This document shows, in pieces, positions 26,118-38,603 of a stretch of DNA of 64,000 nt. Numbering within the stretch: position 1 is the first letter of the stretch; every line of letters begins with the position of its first letter. The stretch spans positions 23,684,001-23,748,000 of the forward strand of contig OZ024759.1 of assembly GCA_964016885.1 (NCBI GenBank), given 5' to 3'. The stretch is from Eledone cirrhosa. Its lineage: Eukaryota. Under the pieces are notes generated by a model. That model searched no databases. It had not been told where the DNA came from and worked only from the letters and a program-made list of their open reading frames with translations. A program made the translations under genes and the position numbers.

Positions 26118-27100
26118 CAAGGGCACAAAAGAAGGGGACAAATACAAATGGGGAGTTTACATACAGGTATATGAAAATAAGACTATTAATAAAATAACAA
26201 ATAACAATTGAAATCCCCAATAGGGGGGGGGGTCGTTATACAGGGGTTGTACACACCCCGAAAAAATGTGCAACCCTCATCTCCAGGAGCACCAAGAGTG
26301 GGTACTCCCTTCCTCTCTTCCTCTTTTTCCTCAACCTACAGGCTTATATAGAGAGAAAGCCCAACCACTCGGGCCATCTTTGCCACATTCACCCACCTTT
26401 TATAAAATTTGCTGGGGTACAGCACCTCTCTCTCCATCCTGATTCTTCTTCCAAAATGATATTTGAAAAAACGAATCAGTTGTTCGCCGGAGAGAAAGGT
26501 GTCTGACCTCAGCCCTTTTAACCTTGTCCACCATATAACTTCTTTCACCATAGCCCTAACACATAGGAAAACCGCCTCTCCCTCGTTTTTGAAGGAGGGT
26601 GGTGGTTTGATCATGACAATGGACTCGGTGGTCAACTGGATTGGTCCCAGCCGCGACAATAGTCGTTTTACATAGCCCCACAGGTCGGTAACGCCCGGGT
26701 AGTGTACAAATGCGTGCGCAGCGGTTTCCTCGTCGCGCACGCATCTCGGACATATCTTTTTCGAAGGGTCCCTGCTCGGGCGCCCGTGTCTGAAGAGTTT
26801 GTCTCGAACTGGTAGAGCTCCTCGGTAGCACTGCCAGGCCAGGGACTTTTGGAAGTTGTCCATCGGTCCCGGGCGGAAGGTCCTACCGAACAAACTGGCC
26901 AGTTCGTCTTCCTCCATGCCTAGGGCTTCTCCGAGGGCGTCGTCGCACCTGCTAACCACCAGCCCTCTATAGAATGACGAGGTGGATTCTCCACTGACAG
27001 CCGGGTCCGCCTGTCAGAAAGCCGTGAGCGCCTGGGCACACTCGGTGTGCCAGGCGCCCAGTTTTCTCAGTCTTTGCTTGACCCAGGATTGCAGCTCGGT
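26117..27100 (-). mobile_element. Tx1 LINE copy 4, 5'-truncated
   Basis: ORF 26336..26959 is paralogous to copies 2 and 3. (GATA)n at both ends, including 27101-27128. Confidence 0.9.
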
Positions 27101-27616
27101 GATAGATAGATAAATAGATAGATAGATATGCAAACACATATTGCGTATTGTTATGGTTGATTGCTCTAGCGTAAATTTAAATGTTCTATTTTGATCATAA
27201 CTTTGCCTTTCATCCTTACGGGGCCGATAAAATAAAGTACCAGTAATACACTGGAATAATTGCTGGCCTTGGGCCAAAAGTAGAAATAATTATTTAATGC
27301 ACTGGGATAATTGCTGGCCTTGTGCCAAAACTAGAAACAATTATTTTTCAAATCACTGGAGCTTGTTATTTATATCGTATTAAAAAAATGTTTCATTTTG
27401 TTTTAAATAATAAATAAATGTTGCCTCCCATTTTCTTTTGTTCGTCGTTTGTCAAGCGAAGGAAGTGCAAATTCTCCACCATGCTTCATAATTTCTAACT
27501 TATTTTTACACACAACTGAAGCATACCGATGACTATGTGACCACTTAGTGACTCAGGCCTACAGCGGGTGATTGAGGCTTGATGAAATATAAAAAGAAAG
27601 GTAATTAGATAGATTA

Positions 27617-27617
27617 T

Positions 27618-27654
<37 letters not shown>

Positions 27655-27695
27655 GGATGGATGGATGGATGGACGGACGGACGGACGGACGGACG

Positions 27696-27757
<62 letters not shown>

Positions 27758-27840
27758 AGAAGAAGAAGAAGAAGAAGAAGAAGAAGAAGAAGAAGAAGAA
27801 GAAGAAGAAGAAGAAGAAGAAGAAGAAGAAGAAGAAGAAG
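27617..27840. repeat. Compound microsatellite (GATA)(GGAT)(GGAC)(AGAC)(GAA)
   Basis: Direct reading. Confidence 0.95.
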
Positions 27841-27873
27841 GGGGAATAAAAGGAGGAGGAAGAAGAGTTATGT

Positions 27874-27910
<37 letters not shown>

Positions 27911-28194
27911 GAAAAATTGAACAGGGACAGAACAGAGAGGCAGTACGACCAATGTTTATATATATATATATATATCCCAAGTATGAAATTGATCTGAGTC
28001 ATAATTGTATTTCCGTGTTCACCTTGTTTTTATTATTGACGTCTTTATATATATACCTCACTTCAGCTTTACACAGAGACAGACCAGGGAAGATCAACAG
28101 CTGAAAATTATATTTGGAATATCTTTCATCCGAGTGGTAAGAAAAACAAAAATTATTTTAAAGTTCTTTTATTTTTTTCACCATTATGCTTACA

Positions 28195-28258
<64 letters not shown>

Positions 28259-28264
28259 GATATT

Positions 28265-28304
<40 letters not shown>

Positions 28305-28532
28305 GATATTAATAATATATATATATATATATATATATAAGAGGGTGTTAAAGTTTGCTTGAAGCATTGTGAAATGTGTAAAATACGTATTTAAGAAAGC
28401 CACAACAATGCAGAGGGAAATCTCGAGGTAGGAAGTGAAAGATAGATAGGAAAAACAGGTGAAAGTGAAAATTGAGAGAGACAAAGATGAAAACAAAACA
28501 AAGGTAGAAGGGTTACCGTAGTAGAGATTTAA

Positions 28533-28568
28533 TCCCAATATTTCGGGCTCACGCCCATCAACGGGGGA
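28533..28568 (-). ncRNA. Minimal hammerhead motif with degenerate core
   Basis: Reverse complement reads tccc-CCGTTGA-t gggc gtga gccc-GAAA-t-ATT-ggga. Two core changes from CUGAUGA. Confidence 0.5.
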
Positions 28569-28774
28569 AAGTTTCAAAAGGGGGGGAACAGGCCAAGCGG
28601 AGAAAGTTGTGATGTCGTTAAGACAGGAATGCCGTTATGGGGAGAAAATTAAAATTATTTAAAAATTTGAACGAGGGAAAGAATGCGCGTGCGCGTGATA
28701 GGCTGTGGCAAAAGCTACTGACCAAATGGGTTAAATCAAGAGGGTGCGCTAGCGTGTGAAAGCCGTAAGATATG

Positions 28775-29630
28775 TGTGTGTAAATATATATGTGTGTGTA
28801 ACTGTGTGTGTATAAGTGTAAGTGTGTATATGTGTGAGTGTGTGTGTGTGTGTGAAAGATAGTGGGCTGTAGAAGCTGGAAATCAAAGGGTGTGAAAGGT
28901 GGTAGGTTGTAAAACATGTGTGCGTGTATAAATATAGATGTGTGTGTGTAAGCGTATGGGTATACATGTGTGTGTAACTGTGTGTGTATATGTGTGAGTG
29001 CGTTTGTGTGTGAAAGATAGTGGGCTGTAGAAGCTGGAAATCAAAGGGTGTGAAAGGTGGTAGGTTGTAAAAACATGTGTGCGTGTATAAATATAGATGT
29101 GTGTGTGTATGCGTATGGGTATACATGTGTGTGTAACTGTGTGTGTATATGTGTGAGTGCGTTTGTGTGTGAAAGATAGTGGGCTGTAGAAGCTGGAAAT
29201 CAAAGGGTGTGAAAGGTGGTAGGTTGTAAAAACATGTGTGCGTGTATAAATATAGATGTGTGTGTGTATGCGTATGGGTATACATGTGTGTGTAACTGTG
29301 TGTGTATATGTGTGAGTGCGTTTGTGTGTGAAAGATAGTGGGCTGTAGAAGCTGGAAATCAAAGGGTGTGAAAGGTGGTAGGTTGTAAAACATGTGTGCG
29401 TGTATAAATATAGATGTGTGTGTGTAAGCGTATGGGTATACATGTGTGTGTAACTGTGTGTGTATATGTGTGAGTGCGTTTGTGTGTGAAAGATAGTGGG
29501 CTGTAGAAGCTGGAAATCAAAGGGTGTGAAAGGTGGTAGGTTGTAAAAACATGTGTGCGTGTATAAATATAGATGTGTGTGTGTATGCGTATGGGTATGC
29601 ATATACGTGCGTGTGTGTGAAGATAGCAGG
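28775..29630. repeat. 158/159-bp tandem repeat, about 5.4 units
   Basis: gaaagatagtgggctgtagaagctggaaatc starts at 28854, 29012, 29171, 29330 and 29488. Confidence 0.92.
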
Positions 29631-31052
29631 CCGTAGGCTGTGAATGGTCACTATGGTTAAGTTAGCCATGTCAGCTCATTTCTCTCAGCCCGGTTGTTAG
29701 TGGGGGTCTGAGGTTCTTAATAACAAGTGCTTCCTTTATCCTTAAGGATCCGATGCTGCGTTCAGTCGCTAGGACTGTGACCAAGGGTCTACCCTGTGGG
29801 TTTCCGCATTTAAGGATGTGTTTACGGAAGGAAGATGCGTTGGTGTTGATATGTTCCTTGATACGAACATGTAGGGGTCGGATGGTGCTACCTATGTAAA
29901 ACTTGTTACATTTATCGCATTGAATCTTATATACGACATAGGTGCGTAGGCAATCTGCCCCCCGTATCGGGCAGTTGCTGAGGGAACACGTCCCATCTGA
30001 CTCGTCGGGTTTGTTGGAGAGGCATCTTCGCAGCGAAGGTCCTGTGTGGGCCAAATGTATGTCAAGTCCCTCCGTCCGTATGGCCCTGCGGATGGCGTTC
30101 GTGGTATATTCACTCAGGTGGGGGATTTTAAAGAAGCACCTGCTATTATTTAATTTTCTAGTGGGTGTCTGTCTATTGGGTCTGGGGTCTCTAATTTTGT
30201 TAATCAGTCGCTTGGGATAACCATTAGATCTGAGTAGATTACGGAATTGCGTGGTATGGGTGAGACCACCCATCGGGTCGCTGCATCTGTTAGTGATCCG
30301 TGTCAGTTCATTTAGGACATAGCCTCTCTTAGCGTTGTTGGGGAGGGCTGAGTTATAATGCACAAATAAGTCCTATATATATATATATATATACGATATT
30401 AATAATATATATATATATATATATAACTATATATTTAGAAACACACAGATACATGCGGACACACACATATACATGAATGCATCCGCACCCAACCGTGAAT
30501 TAAGGGTGCCAACTTCACCGATGTTGCTCAATGAATGACTGGGACAGACCAATCCGGTTGAACTAGACTGAACCAGTATCAGAGTTAAAAATACATTATG
30601 AAGAGAGAAGAAACATTTAGATATAATTAGTAATAAAATGTATCATACCTAAACTGCTCCTAGATTCCTCGACTACGTAGTTTCGTGGCATAAACAAAAA
30701 CAATACATCATAAAGATATAGAGTCCTTGCGAGGTCTGCCGACTTATCAAGAGGATACCTCATTTTACTAGTCTCAAGAACGCGTCTACACGGCGTGAGA
30801 AAGAATCCCAAAAGGCGGAGGGGGAGATAGTCACGCGATATAACGGTCGAGAAACAGAGCTAAGCCTCCTATAACCCCGAAGAAAATACCACGGAGGCGG
30901 AGGGGGTATTTATATCGAAGCCGTAGAAGAGGTGGTGAAGGAGAAGAGAAGTATGAGTAATGGAAGCTTTCCAGCAGTCCCCACACCTCAAAGATTGCTC
31001 GACCAGAGGGAGTTATTAACAATATATTTAGAAACACATATATATATATATA

Positions 31053-31243
31053 TAGGAACCAGTAAGACCCCGACGGCTGAGCTCAAGCCGTTTCGACGGC
31101 TAATTCTGGACTGAATTAGCCGTCGAAACGGCTTGAGCTCAGCCGTCGGGGTCTTACTGGTTCCTATTACCCACTCTACTACCCCAAGTATTGAGTACTT
31201 TGGTGCGTTATGGTCCACCTGGTTCCTTACCACATTTCCTTCG

Positions 31244-31291
<48 letters not shown>

Positions 31292-31297
31292 GATATT

Positions 31298-31342
<45 letters not shown>

Positions 31343-31542
31343 AACCAGTAAGACCCCGACGGCTGAGCTCAAGCCGTTTCGACGGCTAATTTCGACGGCT
31401 AATTCGGTCCAGAATTAGCCGTCGAAACGGCTTGAGCTCAGCCGTCGGGGTCTTACTGGTTCCTATTACCCACTCTACTACCCCAAGTATTGAGTACTTT
31501 GGTGCGTTATGGTCCACCTGGTTCCTTACCACATTTCCTTCG

Positions 31543-31544
<2 letters not shown>
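31053..31544. mobile_element. Two family A fold-back mini-elements (31053-31244 and 31340-31544)
   Basis: Each is a short inverted arm plus a long arm. The central junctions differ and the two are separated by (TA)n. Confidence 0.85.
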
Positions 31545-31581
<37 letters not shown>

Positions 31582-31588
31582 CGATATT

Positions 31589-31632
<44 letters not shown>

Positions 31633-31939
31633 TTTTGGAGTAGATATACGATATTATGTAATGGTTGTATTTTAAGGGTACGTCAAACCTATTTGTAAAA
31701 CTGTTATATATTGTATTTTGTTTGATGAAGGCATACCATAATTTAATGTGGTATCCCTGAAATATGTATAATGAAATAAATATGGTTTTATAAATTAATA
31801 TCGTATATATATATATATACGATATTAATAATATATACGATACTAACATCGTATATCTACTCCAAAAATTTGTCGAGTGCTTTATATCAGTTATAAAAAT
31901 ATTTACTTGTTCTATCCCAACAATTTTAAATAGAACTTT

Positions 31940-32006
<67 letters not shown>

Positions 32007-32008
<2 letters not shown>

Positions 32009-32254
32009 TCATCATCATCATTTTCGTTTAACGTCCGTTTTCCACGCTAGCATGGGTTAGACGGGAGTTGTCCCACTTGAAGGCAAGGCTGGTCGGGTGA
32101 CCGTGTCTCGCTCATATAGGACTATCTGGCAGGTTTTTTACGGCTGGATGCCCTTCCTAACACCAACCACATTTACAGTGTGGAACTGGGAACTTTTTAC
32201 CGCGTTACCTACACGACCACATTACAGCGTGGACTGTGTGTCTTTTTTGTCGTG

Positions 32255-32260
<6 letters not shown>
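32007..32260 (-). mobile_element. SINE or LINE-tail fragment with (GAT)n tail
   Basis: (cat)n..ttaacgtccgttttccacgctagcatgggttagacgg..ggctggatgcccttcctaa. A reverse copy lies at ~46010-46225. Confidence 0.65.
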
Positions 32261-32313
<53 letters not shown>

Positions 32314-32360
32314 AAGTAAAAGCGAAGTAGTTTCAGATGTTCAAGTTCTTTAATAATAAT

Positions 32361-32434
32361 GCTGTGATATATATTTCAATGACGACACTGGCCACACTGT
32401 TCTGTGTGAGAGTGTCGTGACATCATCAAACAGC
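32361..32434 (-). ncRNA. Hammerhead ribozyme, C3>U variant
   Basis: Reverse complement reads gctgt-TTGATGA-tgtc acgacact..agtgtcgt catt-GAAA-tatat-ATC-acagc. Confidence 0.6.
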
Positions 32435-32946
32435 TTGTTACATAATAAGGTTATGTTTCCGAGGCAATCTAAATTGATTTAGGATTTTAATTTTTATTTC
32501 CAACTCTCACTCATAACTTCCAATGTAAAACCATGATACCTAGAATTAAGTATATTTTCTCTTGGGAGTTGATGATCAGTCGTACTGTCCATGTTTGGTG
32601 AGGGGTAGTGTTGTGACCTGTAAAAACTAACACTCTCCCATCCCATCTGGCTTTCGGCTGACTGCCACAGCAGTAAACTATGGTACAGACCTAAGTGGGT
32701 CATTGTTTGGCTGAGAGGGTGAACTGACTAAGTGAATTTCGTTGAAATCTGCGGTAGCTAATGTTCAACTTCCTTCGGACGTGCGCCTGCGCAGACCGGT
32801 AAGCCATACCTATAACCGATCACGTGGCAGCTTTGAAAGAGTCGGATGTAATAGTGTAGAAAATCGCACTAAGGAACACGGTCACAATGTCAATTAAACA
32901 AGCGATAGTATAGGTAGCTTACCACACAATAAAGATCACGACAACG

Positions 32947-34130
32947 GTGACAGTGACAAATGTAACCTACTTGAATTATTCCTCTACTATAAGATCAACA
33001 AAGGCGACGGCCTACTACCAACATCTTTCTATACATAAACGTAGCAGAAGGAAGACGAGTGCACCCGAGCATAAAGCGAAAGAGACACGTAACGAGCTAC
33101 AGCGCAATAACATTCATAAGAACGATCACCCTGATAGCACAACCCGTAGCAAACGTACAAAGACACATAATCGCCACCGTAACGTCCTATGGTTCCATCC
33201 CCCCTACTCTCGGAGTGTGGCCTCCGACATACCCCGGATATTCTTCGAAGCCTTAGAGAAGAACTTCCCACCCAACCATAAGTATAGGAAAATCCTTAAT
33301 AGGAACAATATAAAAATATCCTTCTCTACTACTCCTAACCTAGCAGACATCATAGGAACAACAAATCACAGTAAGATCACCAAGACACAGCTCCTTAGCA
33401 CCGATGCACCTACACCTGACAACAACAATATCGGCCGTAACGACTCCCTAGCAGCATCCAATAGTGCTGGCAACAGCCACTACAGATGCAATCAACATAA
33501 CCGCGACCTGACTGGGGAATATGCAGGTGACCCGCACGGGTCACCTGACGGCAACGGAAGACGCTGCTGCGTGCGGAATAATAATGGTATCACCCCGCAC
33601 ACAGTGGATTATAATGGTGCTAATGACAAGTGTAGGGGCGTAGGTAACAACATAGATAGCAATAATAATAGCCTTACCGTGGGAACTAGAAGGGACCGCG
33701 ACCGAAATTGCAACTGCCGCGACAGGGGACGCTGCCCCCTTAGGGGTAACTGCCTGACTGATAGGGTTATATATAGGTGCACCATAACTAGCCATAATAG
33801 CGTTAAACATTATATAGGGGCTACCTCTGTCCTGTTCAAAAATAGATTTCGAACACATCACTCTTTCGCAAACAAGAAACTAAGACACTCCACTTCGCTC
33901 GCGAACTACATCACAGCATTAAAAGACTCAAAACATCAGCTTCTCCACGCACTGGAAAATTGTCGGCAGAGCAGCACCGTACAACTTCAAGAGGAAGTGC
34001 GAGATTTGCCTCATGGAGCTCTACCATATCATAACGGCACCCCTACGAGCTCATCAACAGCAGAGGTGAAACGACGATAAGATGTACACATCGCTTAAAA
34101 ATATCCTACTCCAGATGGAATAAGAATGGG
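32947..34130 (+). pseudogene. Naiad-type PLE C-terminal fragment with GIY-YIG endonuclease
   Basis: RNVLWFHPPYS..FPPNHKYRKILNRNNIKISFSTTPN..NCNCRDRGRCPLRGNCLTDRVIYRCTI..HYIGATSVLFKNRF. Frameshift near 33935. Confidence 0.85.
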
Positions 34131-34439
34131 GAGTGGAAACCGTAAACCGGGTCTCCCTGCACCAAGTTTTAACACCCCGGCGGGCAGGCGCTGCAAAAAA
34201 CATCCGGAAATTAACCATGCATCCCGGACCCGGCATGAATCGACCCAGGCGGGCAGGCGCAGAAAACAAACGTCTCGTAACTAACGTTGCATACCTGACC
34301 CTGTGCGTATCGACAATGGTAGGGTAGTAACCACATAATAGTCACGGATAAAAAAAAAATCGTCCGGAAAAGACTGCTCTAACACCGGCTAGAGTTATCT
34401 CCCTTGACCTACTGCAAAATCAATACATGTTTTTTTACG

Positions 34440-36245
34440 AAGAATGAACGTCATTGTTCCAGGCCTGGAAGTTGTTGGCAGTCCTTTTGTTGGGCTGCAT
34501 TATATTTGTCCACATCATCATATGGGCATTGAGGGTTTTCTCCCTATCCTCATGCTCTTGTGGTGTTAGCATTGCAGGTGACATAGCTAACCTATTCATG
34601 GTATGGTGGGACAATAGACTTAAACTTAAAGAACAATTAGAAGACAGCAACGTCTTAACCCTGATAATGTACTCTCGCTACGTTGATGATATAAACATCG
34701 TAGTTAAAACACCCCCACTAGAGAACAGTCAGGAATTAGAGAAAAACACCAAGGAAAGCATCCAGCAAATAGCTAACTCCATCCACCGGAGTATTAGTTA
34801 CTATAGACTACCCAAGCAAACACCCCAACCATCGATTGCCTGTACTAGACACAGAGCTCTGGTTAGAAACCATTAATATCAAAAAACAAATCCTCCATTT
34901 CCATTATGCCAAACCCATGACTTCCAAATATTTGATCCACCGAAACTCAGCTGTTTCGGACCACACCAAAATCAACATACTGATTGCGGATTTGGTACGG
35001 GTGATGAGAAACGTGTGCCGCATGTGCAACCCCAAAGAACTATAGAGACACATACAACATTTCATCCACCGTATGCAGTTCTCTGGTTACAATCAGAGAG
35101 ATAAAATCAAAGTATGTAGAGGAGCCAGAACCAAATGGGAAAAAATGGTAAATAATGATACAAATGGGACCTGCTCCTTCTATAGGAGCAAATTTTGGAA
35201 TAGAATAGAAAGAACTAGGAATAAGGTTAATAGAATAAACTCATGGTATGATAGCAATAAATACCAGAGTGTAATGTTCATCAATACAACCCTTAGAGGT
35301 GAACTAGCTTACAAATTTAGAAGGGCCCTAGATAAACATAAACTCAATATTAAGATAGTAGAAAGACCAGGTACCTCCATAAAAACACTTATTAGCAATA
35401 CATACCCTTCTCAAAGACCTCCCTGTATAGATAAGAAATGTATAATCTGTAAACTAAACCCCCATATTAACTGTAAAACTAGAAATGTAGTATATAGCAT
35501 AAGATGTACTGAAGGACAATGTAGAGATAAGAATATAGTGTACATATGTGAGACAGCTCGTAGTATAGGAGAACGGATAAATGAACACTGGCGAGAGCTT
35601 CAAGATAGAAATGAATCATATGTACCCCACCAACATGCTAAAATAGAACATAAGGGTAAATTAGAGAACATAGAAATAAAAATAGAATCTACACACAGAA
35701 AAGACGCAATGTTTAGACAAATCACAGAGGCAATAAACATAAATGAACTCCAACCAAAATTAAATAGAAAACATGAATGGAATAGCAACATCACAACTTA
35801 CAATTAAGGACAAAATGAAAACACACACACACATAGAACAACCAACCAGTAACATGTAAATAAACAAATAAATAAACAAATATAAACACACACAGACACC
35901 CGGATGTAACACATACGCAAACTAAGCACACAACACACACAAAAACAAGATGGCGTAGGACAGAACAAAGGAGAGGCACAAAAACAAAGAAAAGAATCCC
36001 CAGTCACTGAAGAGGTCACAGAATGTGTGACGAAAGAACTTTGACAATATATGTACAACCTTTCCGGTTGTGGAACGAACCAACCAACCGGAAATTTATA
36101 AATTCTTAAATTTATAAATTGGAGTGAAAGAAACTGGTGCGTGTGTTTCTAGTTGGCAACATGACCCTCCCAAAGCATAACAATATCGGTTTCAACACAC
36201 GTTTTCAGATAAAGAATCTTGCTAAACAAATTCAGAAACGAAATA
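34440..36245 (+). mobile_element. Penelope-like element: RT C-terminal half, GIY-YIG and terminal repeat, with a short inverted 5' piece
   Basis: IANLFMVWWD..YSRYVDD, PVLDTELW, HYAKPMTSKYLIHRNSA, MQFSGY, CKTRNVVYSIRC..YICETARSIGERINEH..RQITEA..PKLNRKHEW. Contains stops and frameshifts. Confidence 0.88.
36003..36045 (+). ncRNA. Minimal hammerhead ribozyme in PLE 3' terminal repeat
   Basis: gtca-CTGAAGA-g gtcaca gaatg tgtgac-GAAA-gaa-CTT-tgac. Confidence 0.75.
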
Positions 36246-36277
<32 letters not shown>

Positions 36278-36415
36278 AAGGTTAAACAAGGTTCAATGAA
36301 TAAATCAAAGAATGAGTTTTACAATAGATTGGAAGCACTCCACAGAAATGGTTTTCCGGAGTTATTAATATTAATTCAAAATATTAACAAAAATAGACAT
36401 TCGTGTGATCAAGTA

Positions 36416-36482
36416 TATTTTATTATACATATTTCAGAGGTACTGAGCTATCTTCAACAGTACGTCCTCATCAGATAAAATA
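36416..36482 (-). ncRNA. Hammerhead ribozyme
   Basis: Reverse complement reads tattttat-CTGATGA-ggac gtactg ttgaagatagct cagtac ctct-GAAA-tatgt-ATA-ataaaata, with an 8-bp stem I. Confidence 0.7.
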
Positions 36483-37761
36483 AGATGATGCATGATATAC
36501 CCTGACTTAGTAGATGGTTAAGATTCAGTCATGGTAGTGAATAAGATATGACAAAACTCAATATTTATATACCTTAAGATTGAGACATGAAAAAATTGCA
36601 TATAATACAGAGGGTGCGTGTAAGAAAGCTTAAAAATACATAATAGCAATTTACATAACTGTTAGAGATTCAAATAATTTAAATTATTGAAGAAAGAAGA
36701 AAGACAGAGACAACAGATAAGGAAAAAGATAGTTACTCGAAGTATAGAAAGCAAAAGAGAATTGATCAAGGATAGAGAGACAAGGAGGAATAATGTTTAT
36801 AGTATAAAGCACAGTGAGGGGGATTTGTATTCCGTGGTTAAATAGCGTTTAATTAGATGATGCAAAAATATATATATATATAAATACATAAATATATATT
36901 TGGGCATAGCTTTGTGAAAGAGTAATTTCGAATCTTTGAATTATCTACAAATAATCAATCAATCTAAATATTAAATATATCTGGGTGTAATTATATGAGG
37001 GTTTAATTTCGAGTTCTTAAGTTAATTAGAAATATAGTATTAATCAATTATATATATTATATATACACAAACGTATCCGGATGACCGTTAAATTTCGAAT
37101 CCTTTATGTTAGTTCAGAATAATGAATTAATCTAAAGGTATAATAATGTATAAGTATTTATATTAAAGTATACTATCATATTTAATTTATAATATCATAT
37201 TTAAAGTATTTGCAAACATGAGAAGGAAGAGACTTAATATTTTCATCATCTCGAAGGTAATCCATATTAAATTATATTAAAAATTTGTTTATATTAAAGA
37301 GATTTTATATTAAAAAATAATAATCATTATATAATTTAGAAAGTAATTACAGTTATAACTTTAAAAATTTAAAATTAGCAATTAGAATGCCCTAAAGTAT
37401 CCAAAGGCCTTATAATTATACTTAAGAAGGGTATCATTAAACTAGATATACGCATTTGTCTAAATTTATACAAAGAGTATATTGTCTAAAGTTGAAGACG
37501 ATATTAGTCAGTTATATATAATATAATATAATATAATATAATAAATAAGTTACTGTTAATATTGTTAAAATTAAGGTTTTACATCAATTATTATATTAGG
37601 ATCACTTAATACATATATAATATAAATATACAAATCAAACTTCATGAATCATAAAAGATAAGAACCAGATTCAAAATAAATAAATAAATGGTTTGCGATC
37701 CTATAAGTGCCAAATATCTAAGCTATATAATTTAAAAATACAAGAACATTTTTAAGGATCT

Positions 37762-37898
37762 ATATTATAGTATAATATCATATTTAAAGTGTCAGCAAGC
37801 ATGAAAAAGCGAAGGCTTAAGATTTTCATCGACCCGAAGTCTTAAGTCTTCTCTTTCTCATGCTTGCTGACACTTTAAATATGATATTATACTATAAT
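37762..37898. repeat. Inverted repeat with ~60-bp arms
   Basis: attatagtataatatcatatttaaagtgtcagcaagcatga..cttaaga followed by its reverse complement. A diverged direct copy of the left arm lies at ~37187-37258. Confidence 0.8.
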
Positions 37899-38603
37899 TG
37901 TTTCTACTTTTGACACAAGGTCAGCAATTACCCAGTACATTACTGGTACTTTATTTTATCGACCCCGTAAGGATGAAAGGCAAAGTTAACCTTGGCGGGA
38001 TTTGAACTCAGATCATAAAGGGAATATAGATCCTTCAAAATGTTTTTAAATTATATAGCTTAGATATTTGGCACTTATAGGATTGTGTCCTAAAAAGATA
38101 GACACAACGAGCGAGGGTGGTGGGGAGAAAGAGAGAGTACATGAAAGAAGACGGACAAACGCGGAGGTATAGGATAAAAAAAATATCACTTTAATAAAAA
38201 GACGCCCACGTGGCTCAAAACGTATCAATATTAAACCATTCGACCATTAGAGATGTATTGTTCAGTGCTTTAAGATTGATACTTCATTTTATTAATGTTT
38301 TCATATTGTTTATCTCTTCTTCTATTTGGCTAATCAATATCTTGAGCCACATCGTTATCTTTTCAGTAGCAGCTGATGGGTGAATGACAAACAAATTTTA
38401 CGAATTTGTAAATAATCGTTAAACTATATTTTTGTCCTTTGTGCATAGTATCGATCTTAAAGGACTGAAACAGTTGCCTGCATTAGTTCATTGTACAGTT
38501 TTCTTCCATATTGTTTATTCATTCATATATTTTTAGCCATACGGGACACTTTTTTTCAAATTAATATATAATATAATATATAATATATTATTATATAATA
38601 TAA

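Larger units (their letters stand above)
28340..30372 (-). mobile_element. 5'-truncated Penelope-like element with GIY-YIG endonuclease
   Basis: ORF 29671..30363: HYNSALP..LRSNGYP..CLRTYVVYKIQCDKCNKFYIGSTIRPLHVRIKEH..LRIKEALVI. The 3' UTR holds a tandem repeat and an HHR-like motif. Flanked by (TA)n. Confidence 0.85.
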
